Origin: Candidatus Paceibacter sp.
Lineage (GTDB): Bacteria; Patescibacteriota; Patescibacteriia; S139-126
DNA length: 64,000 bases
NCBI GenBank assembly: GCA_020724865.1
Contig: DYGA01000002.1
Coordinates: 98,657-162,656, forward strand
Reading direction: 5' to 3'
In this document: piece by piece, positions 1 through 8,897 of the stretch
Position numbering within the stretch: the first letter of the stretch is position 1
How the letters are laid out: each line of letters begins with the position of its first letter
Translations under genes and position numbers: made by a program
The notes under the pieces: model-generated
Database searches by the model: none
What the model was told of the DNA's origin: nothing
What the model saw: only the letters and a program-made list of their open reading frames with translations

Positions 1-300
1 CAAGTTTACAAACGACAAATGGAAATTTATCAGTGGTTGTTTAGAAAAAATGGTTTTACTGTGTCTGATACCGGTTATTTTGTGTATGCCAATGGTAAAA
101 AAGATAAGCAAGCTTTTGATGGCCGGTTGGATTTTGATGTTCAAATAATTCCATATCAAGGAGATGATAGTTGGGTTGATGAAGCAATAACAGCTTCCTA
201 CCAGTGTTTAATTAATAAACAAATACCCCCAGCTTCCCAGAATTGTAATTATTGTCTTTATCGTAAGTCGGCGCAAAAATTGGAAAAAGAAAAACCCTGA
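1..300 (+). CDS. Partial CDS (C-terminal fragment, frame open to window start). It ends with a Cys cluster C-x12-C-x2-C; possibly a PD-(D/E)XK / Cas4-RecB-like nuclease C-terminus.
   Basis: ORF track 19..300 and the same frame has no stop back to position 1. Cysteine triad QCLIN...NCNYC near the C-terminus. Confidence 0.3.
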   Translation, partial: QVYKRQMEIYQWLFRKNGFTVSDTGYFVYANGKKDKQAFDGRLDFDVQIIPYQGDDSWVDEAITASYQCLINKQIPPASQNCNYCLYRKSAQKLEKEKP

Positions 301-317
301 TATATATCAGGGTTTTT
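295..317 (+). terminator. Rho-independent terminator after the partial CDS.
   Basis: CCCTGA-TATATA-TCAGGG hairpin immediately followed by TTTTT. Confidence 0.6.
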
Positions 318-324
318 AAAATTT

Positions 325-468
325 TTAATTAATTATTTCATCCAGAATTTCGTGCGCCCCAACTAGTTGGGGGAATTTTGGGGTAGTAAATTTTTTATGC
401 CATTTATAGGCAGAAAAAATTGAAATTGTGATAAATAATGGCAACCAAAAAATTTTTTTGTTTTTCAT
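325..468 (-). CDS. Candidate small membrane protein (47 aa, MKNKKIFWLPLFITISIFSAYKW...). It is below the ORF-track size cut-off.
   Basis: ATG at 468 preceded by GGAGCT 5 nt upstream, which is rare in this window. One hydrophobic helix. TAA stop at 325. A perfect 16-bp palindrome CCCCAACTAGTTGGGG lies inside it. Confidence 0.25.
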   Translation of the reverse strand: MKNKKIFWLPLFITISIFSAYKWHKKFTTPKFPQLVGAHEILDEIIN

Positions 469-616
469 TTTAGCTCCTTGAAATTAGTTGGAAAGTTATT
501 AAAGAAATAATTATCTATTATTATTAATTTTTATATTTTTGTCAATAATAATTAATTATTAGTTTCAAATTTAGTTAGAAACAGCTATAATATAAGTAAA
601 ATAATTAAGAAAAAAT

Positions 617-1084
617 ATGAATAAATTGAAATTAGCAAAAGTGGGGCAAATATTTCTTTTGCTCTGTGGCACTGTGTTTGCTTGGTATATTATCATTCGT
701 GAATTTATAAATTTTTATGCCAATGAAGGCACAATTTTCAAAGTGACTGATTGTGTTTATACCAACCCAGTTACCACTGCGTGTTTTTATGGAGGTATAG
801 GTTTTGTGGTAGCTTTGGGTTGGGCCATTTATTTGTTTAAAAAGCATGAGTATAAAGGCCGTTTATATCACACTATATTTTTACTTGGTGGAACATTGTT
901 TGCTTGGAGTGTGGTAGCGTGGGAATGGTGGAAAATAAAACAAGCCGCCGGTCAGCCAGTGGTTGGGTGTAGTGGTTTAATGAATTCAATTTTTGATTCT
1001 TCTTGTCTTTATGGAGCTAGTTTTTTCTTAATATCTTTTTTGGTGGGGTGGTATATTTTTGATTTAGTAAAAAAATCAGCTTAA
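617..1084 (+). CDS. Integral membrane protein, ~4 TM helices, with five cysteines in loops. Function unknown; a DsbB/VKOR-like thiol-oxidoreductase membrane partner cannot be excluded.
   Basis: ORF track; hydrophobic segments LLLCGTVFAWYIII, GIGFVVALGWAIYLF, IFLLGGTLFAWSVVAW, FFLISFLVGWYIF. Confidence 0.5.
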   Translation: MNKLKLAKVGQIFLLLCGTVFAWYIIIREFINFYANEGTIFKVTDCVYTNPVTTACFYGGIGFVVALGWAIYLFKKHEYKGRLYHTIFLLGGTLFAWSVVAWEWWKIKQAAGQPVVGCSGLMNSIFDSSCLYGASFFLISFLVGWYIFDLVKKSA

Positions 1085-1193
1085 CTTTACAGTTATAATT
1101 TTTATTGTTGATCAATAAAAATTAACTTAATTTTTGATTATTTTATTTTCAAGATAATAAAATAATCAAACGAATAATTAAAATAGTTAAAAA

Positions 1194-1586
1194 TTGAGCA
1201 TGCGGGGGCAAAGACGTAATATTATTTTTTTGGCCATTTATATTGCTTTGGCTATTATACTTATTTTGACTCTAATTTATTTTATTTGGCAAACACAGCA
1301 AACTCGAGAACAAAAAATTGAGCAAACTAATCTAATCCCTCAAGTAGAAAGATATTTTATTCACGCCACCATAGATCAGGTTCATGTTTCTGCTCGCGCG
1401 CTAGTGGTAAATTATAATGATGAAAATGGTATTATCGTTGGTTTATTGCCAGAAGCAAAAATTTTAAATCAAAATAATCAAGAAGTATCCTTAACTGATT
1501 TACAAATCGGGCAAAAAATAAAAATTGAAGTAAAGTTTGTGGGCACAAATTCTATTTTAGCTGATAATATTTATCTCGAATATTAA
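1194..1586 (+). CDS. Hypothetical protein with N-terminal TM anchor.
   Basis: ORF track; N-terminal hydrophobic helix IIFLAIYIALAIILILTLIYFIW. Confidence 0.5.
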   Translation: MSMRGQRRNIIFLAIYIALAIILILTLIYFIWQTQQTREQKIEQTNLIPQVERYFIHATIDQVHVSARALVVNYNDENGIIVGLLPEAKILNQNNQEVSLTDLQIGQKIKIEVKFVGTNSILADNIYLEY

Positions 1587-2164
1587 TTTTTTTTCTTAAG
1601 ACCTATAAAATAAATTTCTTTACTGTTATTACGGCTGGTATGGGGTTTGAAGCGATAAGTTTTTAAAAAATATTTTTTTAACTGTTGATAAAATTTTTCA
1701 GCTTCTGGGCTCATAAAAATTTTGACACAAAAATTTCCTTGTTTTTTTAGTACTTGATTGGCAATTTTTAGTGCTTGTTCGACTAGGGCAAGCGAGCGAC
1801 TAGAATCAGCAATTTTTATTCCGCTGGTAGCTGGGGCGGCATCAGACAAAACTACGTCAAATTTATTTTTCCATTGATCCATTAAACTATTCAAGGCAAA
1901 AATGTCTTGTTGAATAGTTTTGATATTACTTTGCGGCAAATTTTTTATGGGACTAATATCAACACCAATAACTTTCCCCCTTGGACCAACTATTTTGGCG
2001 CAATATTGCAGCCAAGAACCTGGGGCAGCTCCCAAATCAAGAACATTTTGCCCAACAGTTATTAGTTTAAATTTATTGTTTATTTCTTCTAGTTTAAATA
2101 TCGCGCGCGAGCGGTAGCCTTGAGATTTAGCTTTTTGAGTAAATTTGTCATTTGGTTGATACAT
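1583..2164 (-). CDS. rlmE: 23S rRNA (uridine-2'-O)-methyltransferase RlmE (FtsJ).
   Basis: Motifs YRSRAIFKLEEI and DLGAAPGSWLQY (SAM-binding) match the FtsJ family along the whole length. Confidence 0.85.
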   Translation of the reverse strand: MYQPNDKFTQKAKSQGYRSRAIFKLEEINNKFKLITVGQNVLDLGAAPGSWLQYCAKIVGPRGKVIGVDISPIKNLPQSNIKTIQQDIFALNSLMDQWKNKFDVVLSDAAPATSGIKIADSSRSLALVEQALKIANQVLKKQGNFCVKIFMSPEAEKFYQQLKKYFLKTYRFKPHTSRNNSKEIYFIGLKKKN

Positions 2165-2216
2165 AAAAGCTTGATTTGTGTTATAATAAATATATGATAT
2201 CTTATTTTAATTATTT

Positions 2217-2765
2217 ATGAAATTGGTTATTATTTTTGGTCCGCCGGCTGTAGGTAAATTGACAGTTGGTAGGGAATTAGCAAAAAAGTGCGGATTCAGA
2301 ATTTTGCACAAACAGGAAATATTTGATTTATTGGATGATTTTTTCTTTTTTGGCACCGATGAGTATAGACAAGCTGACGAAGGAATTAGAGAGTTAATTA
2401 TCAAAACCGCCGCCAAACAAAAACACCTTGCGGGTTTAATTATGACTTTTGTCTGGGCTTTCAATGATCAGCGCGATATGGATTTTATAAAAAAAATTTT
2501 ACAGATATCCAAAAAAAATAAGATTGATGTTTATTTTGTTGAATTACAATCCAGCGAATCAGAACGAAAAGCCAGAGTCACTAGCGAAACTAGAAAAGAA
2601 ATGAAAAAAGTGGCTACTATCAAAGGTTTAGAAGCATTGGAAAAGGACAAAGATTTTAGTTCGAATGTTGATTATTTTGCTGATAAAAATTATTTAAAGC
2701 TTGATAATACAGTTTTAAGTGCGGAAAAGTGTGCTGAACTAATTGTAGAATATTTTAAATTTTAA
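2217..2765 (+). CDS. P-loop NTPase / small-molecule kinase-like protein (AAA-domain family).
   Basis: N-terminal Walker A GPPAVGKLT; size 182 aa. Confidence 0.55.
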   Translation: MKLVIIFGPPAVGKLTVGRELAKKCGFRILHKQEIFDLLDDFFFFGTDEYRQADEGIRELIIKTAAKQKHLAGLIMTFVWAFNDQRDMDFIKKILQISKKNKIDVYFVELQSSESERKARVTSETRKEMKKVATIKGLEALEKDKDFSSNVDYFADKNYLKLDNTVLSAEKCAELIVEYFKF

Positions 2766-2772
2766 AATAAAA

Positions 2773-3402
2773 ATGATTGATATAGTAACAGGTATTTTCT
2801 TTTTTATAATCGTCTTTGTGTCCGCGATTATTCATGAATATATGCACGGTTGGGCAGCAGAACGTCAGGGTGATCCTACGGCTCGTCTGGCTGGACGGTT
2901 AACATTAAATCCCATCCCTCATATTGATCCCGTGGGTACTATTTTTGTACCGTTATTACTTTTGTTTTTGCCTTTGCCGGGTAATTTTTTAATCGGTTGG
3001 GCTAAACCAGTTCCTTATAATCCGTTTAATTTAAAAAATCGTAAATGGGGACCGGCTCTGGTGGCTGCAGCTGGCCCAGCGATAAATTTATTTATTGCCA
3101 TTGTTTTTGGTTTGATTATCAGATTTTTACCACCTTCTGTTTTTACCGCTTTTTTATCGCTGATTGTTTATATAAATATTCTGCTAGCTATATTTAATTT
3201 AGTTCCCATTCCACCCCTTGATGGCTCAAAAATTTTATTTGCTCTTTTGCCGGACAATAAATTTTGGTGGCAATTTAAAATCAATATGGAACGCTATGGT
3301 ATGATACTGGTTTTATTTTTTGTTTTCTTTCTGTGGCAAATTATTGCCCCAATAATTCAGGGATTGTTTCAATTGTTAGTTGGCGCTAATTTTTTAAATT
3401 GA
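2773..3402 (+). CDS. Site-2 protease family zinc metalloprotease (peptidase M50).
   Basis: HEYMH (HExxH) in a TM helix plus NLVPIPPLDG (LDG motif); multi-TM. Confidence 0.75.
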   Translation: MIDIVTGIFFFIIVFVSAIIHEYMHGWAAERQGDPTARLAGRLTLNPIPHIDPVGTIFVPLLLLFLPLPGNFLIGWAKPVPYNPFNLKNRKWGPALVAAAGPAINLFIAIVFGLIIRFLPPSVFTAFLSLIVYINILLAIFNLVPIPPLDGSKILFALLPDNKFWWQFKINMERYGMILVLFFVFFLWQIIAPIIQGLFQLLVGANFLN

Positions 3403-3453
3403 TTTTAAATTAGTTTAGTTTATTTTTAATTAAGTTAAGTAAGTCCAAATATC

Positions 3454-5580
3454 ATGATTGTCAAGGAAAGCGAAAATAAAATATCACCGCTAGTTGCTTG
3501 GTTAGGAATAATTGTAACTTTTGTGTTTGCTTTGTTTTTTATGTTGGCTACTTTTGTTCCCGATTCCCAAAGCGCTTTGAGTGACAATATTTCTGGTTGG
3601 GGCTGGTCACCATTGCTATCCGGGACATTGGGTAGTTTTACTGGATCTGGTTTTGGTTTGGTATCTTTTAATGATTGTTATTGTTTTTATCCGTCCGGTT
3701 CCGCAGGATATATTTGTCAGGTAAATATAGATCAACCTTGTGTAAGTGATAAGGGTTTAGGGTATGCTCCTTATGGTCTACAGGTTGATTTGCAAACACG
3801 AGAAATTACTGGTTGGGCGTGGGGTCAAGGAGTAGGGTGGATTTGTTTTGGTCAAAGTTGTTGCAATGCTGGTGGTGGTAAAGATTATTGTAATGACTGG
3901 AAAGGTGGTGAATGGGAGCCAAATAATATTAATCCAGATTCTGGCGTTCCAGAGATAACAGTTTCTTATCCAGCTGACCAAGATCCAGCCCCAATTTCTG
4001 GCTGGGCAAAAATTGTTGGTTGGAGTGGTTTAGGAGATGGTCAGTTGGGTTGGATTTCTTTACGGGGTAGGACTACTGATGATGGTTCAGAGTACGGTTT
4101 AAGGTTTTCCACCAGCACTTTGGAAATTAGAGGTTTAGGTTGGGGAGCAATTGGCATTGATGGTTGGTATGATCCTAATATTGAATTAAATAAAAGTTTA
4201 CCCATGGCAGGTTATGGTTGGTTGTGTATTAATGAAGATTATAGAGGTCCAAATCCTGTTCTTGAAAGAGGATTATGTCCAAGAACTGGCGTGCAGGTGG
4301 CTGTGCCTTATATTCAAACAGTTGATGGTGATGTTTATTCCCAAACCAACATTGCCCCTGATTTAAGTGCCCCCAGTGGTAAGTTTAATGCTACTTATTT
4401 AATCATGGCAGGTGGGAATATTCAAAATTTTAGCAGTGAAGAAAAAAGTTCTACTTTTAATCAAGGTGAATATACTATACCCAATTTTCCTTACAGTATT
4501 TCTTTGCCCAAAGCTAGCACCAATTTTTTTAATGTTTTAGGCAGATTGGATATTCCTGGTATTGTTCAGCCGAAAGAAAATAGATATGGGAACTTTGAAT
4601 CTCATACTGGTGATCTGATTATATCTGGAACTTATTCTAGGCCAAATTATCGAGTGGTTGTTGATGGTGATTTAACTTTAGGTGCTGATGTTGCTCCTGG
4701 TTCTTTCACTTACAGTCTTACAACAGATTGGAATTATATAAGTCCAGTAATACGAGAGATGGACGGCCAACTTATTAAAGATTTATTTACAAATATTGAT
4801 GGTGATGTTTATACTTACACTCCTTCACCTGTTGAAGCTGATTATTTTGAAATTGGTAAGGGTTATATTTTTAAAAACAAAGTTGCAGAAAATATTACTG
4901 TAAATGGCACACCAATTGTATCATTGAGATATAGTTTATCTGGAGGTACCCAATATACAATCGGCGCACCTTTTGACATGAATTTTCAGGGAGTTCCTTG
5001 TCTTACTGATGTGTTACACTATAATCCATATCCACCACCAACATGGATTTCAAATTGGAATGTAGCAAAAGGTGAAGGCGTATGGGTTGAAACAATCAAT
5101 TCTAGCACTTGTCAATTTACCAAAAATAGAACCGATGTGTCTGTTGAGTTTACTGGTGGAGCCACAACTTTTGTTGTTTACGGTGATTTGCATATAAATA
5201 GAAATGTTAAATATACGAATGAATTATTAAGTAGCTTTAAAAATTTACCTTCCGTTGCTTATATTGTTTTTGGTGATGTTTATATTGACGCCGAAGTTAC
5301 AGAAATTGATGGTAATTTTATTGTGCTCGGCCAAGATGGCGTTAATTGTCCAAGTGAGCATTGCGGTACTATTTATACCGGCGCGGGCAAAGATTTTCCT
5401 TTGCAAGTCAATGGAATTATGATGGCTAAAAATTTTGTTTTTCAGAGAAATTATGCCACAGTCTTAAAAGATCCAGCTGAAAGGGTGATTTATGATGGTC
5501 GTTTACTTATCAATACCCCACCGGGTTTACAGGATTTTGCTAAAGGTTTGCCCATTTGGTCAGAAGTGGCTCCAAATTGA
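3454..5580 (+). CDS. Large (708 aa) Trp/Gly/Cys-rich cell-surface protein with N-terminal TM anchor. Function unknown; it sits directly upstream of pilM.
   Basis: N-terminal helix LVAWLGIIVTFVFALFFMLATFV. Repeated GW-containing motifs (GWGWSP, GWAWGQGVGW, GWAKIVGWSGLGDGQLGW, GLGWGAIGIDGW) and many Cys. Confidence 0.6.
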   Translation: MIVKESENKISPLVAWLGIIVTFVFALFFMLATFVPDSQSALSDNISGWGWSPLLSGTLGSFTGSGFGLVSFNDCYCFYPSGSAGYICQVNIDQPCVSDKGLGYAPYGLQVDLQTREITGWAWGQGVGWICFGQSCCNAGGGKDYCNDWKGGEWEPNNINPDSGVPEITVSYPADQDPAPISGWAKIVGWSGLGDGQLGWISLRGRTTDDGSEYGLRFSTSTLEIRGLGWGAIGIDGWYDPNIELNKSLPMAGYGWLCINEDYRGPNPVLERGLCPRTGVQVAVPYIQTVDGDVYSQTNIAPDLSAPSGKFNATYLIMAGGNIQNFSSEEKSSTFNQGEYTIPNFPYSISLPKASTNFFNVLGRLDIPGIVQPKENRYGNFESHTGDLIISGTYSRPNYRVVVDGDLTLGADVAPGSFTYSLTTDWNYISPVIREMDGQLIKDLFTNIDGDVYTYTPSPVEADYFEIGKGYIFKNKVAENITVNGTPIVSLRYSLSGGTQYTIGAPFDMNFQGVPCLTDVLHYNPYPPPTWISNWNVAKGEGVWVETINSSTCQFTKNRTDVSVEFTGGATTFVVYGDLHINRNVKYTNELLSSFKNLPSVAYIVFGDVYIDAEVTEIDGNFIVLGQDGVNCPSEHCGTIYTGAGKDFPLQVNGIMMAKNFVFQRNYATVLKDPAERVIYDGRLLINTPPGLQDFAKGLPIWSEVAPN

Positions 5581-5635
5581 TTTCATAAAAATTTAAAAAT
5601 ATGGTATAATTTATTAAATATATCAACATTATTTC

Positions 5636-6769
5636 ATGCCATTTTTTAACAAAAAAACTAAAAGTTATCTTGGTGTAGATCTGGGTACAGCTGGTATTAA
5701 AATAGTGGAATTGGCTAATGCCAAAGGTCACGCCAGACTTATAACTTATGGGATTGTTGAAAGTAGCGGTGATATTGTCCGTTCCAATGCCCCAGAAACA
5801 ATCAATAGAGTGGTTGAATTATTGAAGGAAATAACTGAAAAATCAAGAGTGACTACCAATTTAGCTGTTGCCGCTTTGCCGGCTTTTTCTGTATTTAGTT
5901 CTATTTTATCTTTGCCACCCATGCCTAAGAGTGATTTAGCTCAAGCAGTAAAGTGGGAGGCAAAAAAATTTGTTCCCATGCCTTTAGAAGAGATGATTTT
6001 AGATTGGAAATTATTACGAAATTTAAATGATACTTACCAAGAACAAAATGATAAAGAACAGAGTAAAACAGATATAAACGAAAACAAGGAAAATAATTTA
6101 CAAAAAACAGAAAAATCGCAGGAGATTAAACAAAATTATCGGGTTTTGATAACAGCTGCTCCAAAAAATTTAGTAGCCCGCTATTTAGAAATTTTCAAAG
6201 CGGCCGGTCTGAAATTGATTAGTTTGGAAACAGAATCATTTGCTTTAGCTAGGAGTTTGTTTTTTGGATCCAAGTTGCCAATTATGATTATTGATATTGG
6301 TTCATTAACTACGGCTATTAGTATAGTTGAGGATGGAGTGCCAATTTTAAATAGAAGCTTAGATGTCGGTGGAGCTACTTTAACTCAAGCGATTGCTACA
6401 AGTTTAAATATTGATCGGAGGCGCGCCGAACAATTTAAGCGAGATATTGGCATTGCCCAAACCAACGCGGCCAGTGGTATACCTAAAGTTATTGAACGAA
6501 CCTTAAATCCAGTTATTAATGAAGTCAAATATTCACTTAATTTATACCAAAGTCAAACGGCTATTAGTGTGGAAAAAGCGATTTTAGTAGGTGGTAGCGC
6601 TTTTTTGCCAAATTTAACTGATTATTTATCCCAGGTGTTAAATTTAAATGTATTTGTCGGTGATCCTTGGTTTCGCGTGGCTTATCCAGAAGATTTAAAA
6701 TTAGTTTTAGATGAGGTTGGTTCTCGGTTGGCAGTAGCTACGGGATTGGCTATGCGGGATATTGATTAA
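5636..6769 (+). CDS. pilM: Type IV pilus assembly protein PilM (actin-like ATPase fold), with a low-complexity K/E/N/Q insertion.
   Basis: N-terminal LGVDLGTAGIKIVEL and overall PilM/FtsA-like pattern; position at the head of the pilMNO-B-T-C operon. Confidence 0.85.
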   Translation: MPFFNKKTKSYLGVDLGTAGIKIVELANAKGHARLITYGIVESSGDIVRSNAPETINRVVELLKEITEKSRVTTNLAVAALPAFSVFSSILSLPPMPKSDLAQAVKWEAKKFVPMPLEEMILDWKLLRNLNDTYQEQNDKEQSKTDINENKENNLQKTEKSQEIKQNYRVLITAAPKNLVARYLEIFKAAGLKLISLETESFALARSLFFGSKLPIMIIDIGSLTTAISIVEDGVPILNRSLDVGGATLTQAIATSLNIDRRRAEQFKRDIGIAQTNAASGIPKVIERTLNPVINEVKYSLNLYQSQTAISVEKAILVGGSAFLPNLTDYLSQVLNLNVFVGDPWFRVAYPEDLKLVLDEVGSRLAVATGLAMRDID

Positions 6770-6774
6770 TATTT

Positions 6775-7986
6775 ATGTTTGAAGAAAAACCACAAACAAA
6801 CAACGGCAATTTAGAAAAAGATATTAATTTATTGCCCGAAAAAATGCGAGCAAAACAACCATCTCGATCAGTTGATGTTGATAATGGTTCGGAACAAACT
6901 CGTTACACCACGCCGAGTGGTATTTCTACTCCAGTTGGTTACGAAGAAATTTCTTGGTGGCAAAAATTTTTGGGTAGGTTAGGGATTAGAAGAAAGAACA
7001 AATTAAATACTCCAATTGGTCGTAAACCTAATCAAACCACACCGTTACAAAAATTATATGCTCAAGATATTAGACAAACAGATAAAAGAGCTAGTAATGT
7101 CAGTAATAATTTGTCTTCCTCAATCCCCGCAGCAGATAAGCTAGCCACTCCGCCTACACTCGCAGAAAAGCCAAAGGTCAGCAGTGGAAATCTTGAATCT
7201 AAAGCTGATTTAGGCAAACCTTTAAGTATGTTGGAAAAGATTGATCAGCAATTACAACGCGGATTGCATTTAGCTGAAAACAATAAAGATGATAGTGATC
7301 AGTTTGGGGTCAATCTGATACCAGAAGAGATGGTTTCTGAAGTAAATCAGAAAAAGATTTTATTTACTTTATTATATACGGTTATTATTAGCATTTTTAT
7401 TTTGGGCGTTGGTTATATAACTATTCAATTTATACAATTGCAAGAAGCTAAAAAAATACAAAAATTACAGCAAGATATACAACAAGCAGAAAACGATTTT
7501 ATATCCAAGTCAGACGATCTCAAAGCTTTAATTCGTTATCAACAAACTTATGACCATATAAATTTGTTACTGGATTCGCATATTTATTGGGATAAGTTAT
7601 TTAATTTTTTGGAACAAAATGTAGCTGATGATGTTTATTTTTTAAATGTTACGGCTGATAAAAACGGAGTTGTAAATATGAGTATTGTAGCTAAAAGTTA
7701 TGAAGCTTTAGCCAATCAGTATCTTATTTTTAAACAAGCACCAGAGGTTATTTCTGTAAATATCAATAATGCTTCTTTAAGTGAGAATAGCGAGGAATCG
7801 GTAGGTACCCCCACATTATCTACATTCGAATCAAATTTAAGTTTAGCCGCTCAAAGTACTTCAACAGCAACTTCTACCACTGAATTTGATTTACGCTCCG
7901 TAGTGCTTGATTATTACAAAAAGATGCCGGTTAGTTCCCAAGTAAATCTGCAGCTGGATACAAATATTTTTTATCGTGATAATTAA
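6775..7986 (+). CDS. pilN: PilN-like bitopic pilus assembly protein with a ~190-aa N-terminal cytoplasmic extension.
   Basis: Single TM (LFTLLYTVIISIFILGVGYITI) followed by a coiled-coil QLQEAKKIQKLQQDIQQAEND; position after pilM. Confidence 0.65.
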   Translation: MFEEKPQTNNGNLEKDINLLPEKMRAKQPSRSVDVDNGSEQTRYTTPSGISTPVGYEEISWWQKFLGRLGIRRKNKLNTPIGRKPNQTTPLQKLYAQDIRQTDKRASNVSNNLSSSIPAADKLATPPTLAEKPKVSSGNLESKADLGKPLSMLEKIDQQLQRGLHLAENNKDDSDQFGVNLIPEEMVSEVNQKKILFTLLYTVIISIFILGVGYITIQFIQLQEAKKIQKLQQDIQQAENDFISKSDDLKALIRYQQTYDHINLLLDSHIYWDKLFNFLEQNVADDVYFLNVTADKNGVVNMSIVAKSYEALANQYLIFKQAPEVISVNINNASLSENSEESVGTPTLSTFESNLSLAAQSTSTATSTTEFDLRSVVLDYYKKMPVSSQVNLQLDTNIFYRDN

Positions 7987-7988
7987 TT

Positions 7989-8612
7989 ATGCCCATTGAA
8001 CAGAAAAAAAATAATATATTCATGAAACTTTTATCCCGTTATATTTATATTGTGGCGGTATTGTTGGCAGTTGTATTAATCGGAGCGGGTTATCTGTTTA
8101 TTTTACAACCAAAAATTTCTGAACATAAGAATAATCCCGAACTCACCTTGGAATATCAGCAAAAAATTCTTGAAGAACGGAAAGAGAAGTTACAACAATT
8201 AAACAGTTTGATTGCTGATTATAAAAAATTACCTAACAGTCATTTTGCCAAAATCAATGAACTTTTACCTACAGCCAATGAAGCACCAATAATTTTTACG
8301 CATTTGTCTGGTTTAGCTAAAGCCAATGATTCAGTTTTATTAAATGCCTCTGTTAGTGAATTGGGGGACAGGGATTTAACCACTTTGTTTATCACTGAAG
8401 ATATAGTGACTCCTAAAGATCTAAGAATAGCTGAAGTCACAGCTGATTTTATGGGTAAGGTCGGTAATGACAGTTATCCTTATTTTAAACAATTAGTCGG
8501 GGCAATTGAAAAAAATATTAGATTATTTGATATTCAGCATATCACCTTTTCACCGACTTTAGCCACTTTTAGTTTTTTAGCTCGAACTTATTATTTACAA
8601 AGCAATGAATAA
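7989..8612 (+). CDS. pilO: PilO-like bitopic pilus assembly protein.
   Basis: N-terminal TM plus coiled-coil segment; synteny after pilN. Confidence 0.55.
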   Translation: MPIEQKKNNIFMKLLSRYIYIVAVLLAVVLIGAGYLFILQPKISEHKNNPELTLEYQQKILEERKEKLQQLNSLIADYKKLPNSHFAKINELLPTANEAPIIFTHLSGLAKANDSVLLNASVSELGDRDLTTLFITEDIVTPKDLRIAEVTADFMGKVGNDSYPYFKQLVGAIEKNIRLFDIQHITFSPTLATFSFLARTYYLQSNE

Positions 8613-8895
8613 ACAAAAAAGGAAAAATATTATAATGCTTTCAATTTTGCTGGTGGTGGCAGTAATAACCTTTTGGTATTTATTCGGTCAGGGGGGGAAT
8701 GAAACCAATCTTACGGAAATTTTTTCCCAAAATGCGCCCAGCAGTCAAATTGAAACTCAGAAATTGCCGAGTAAACAAATTTTTGATCAAGGTTTGGAAC
8801 AAGATCAACGTTTCCAAGAGTTGATTGATTCGCGTGATTATGTCCCCAATACTAAAGCCAAAAGTCGGGCTAACCCATTTATACCTATTAGATAA
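8605..8895 (+). CDS. Small TM protein in the pilus operon (PilP-like position).
   Basis: 96 aa, one TM (MLSILLVVAVITFWYLF), between pilO and pilB. Confidence 0.4.
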   Translation: MNKQKRKNIIMLSILLVVAVITFWYLFGQGGNETNLTEIFSQNAPSSQIETQKLPSKQIFDQGLEQDQRFQELIDSRDYVPNTKAKSRANPFIPIR

Positions 8896-8897
8896 GT

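Noticed and set aside
632-847. Numerous 60-100-aa ORFs antisense to or nested within confident genes (for example 632..847-, 1920..2117+, 9674..9910-, 30140..30581+, 41063..41506-, 58562..58909-).
   Set aside because: They overlap genes with strong homology and motif support, have low-complexity or hydrophobic composition typical of antisense AT-rich frames, and lack start contexts.
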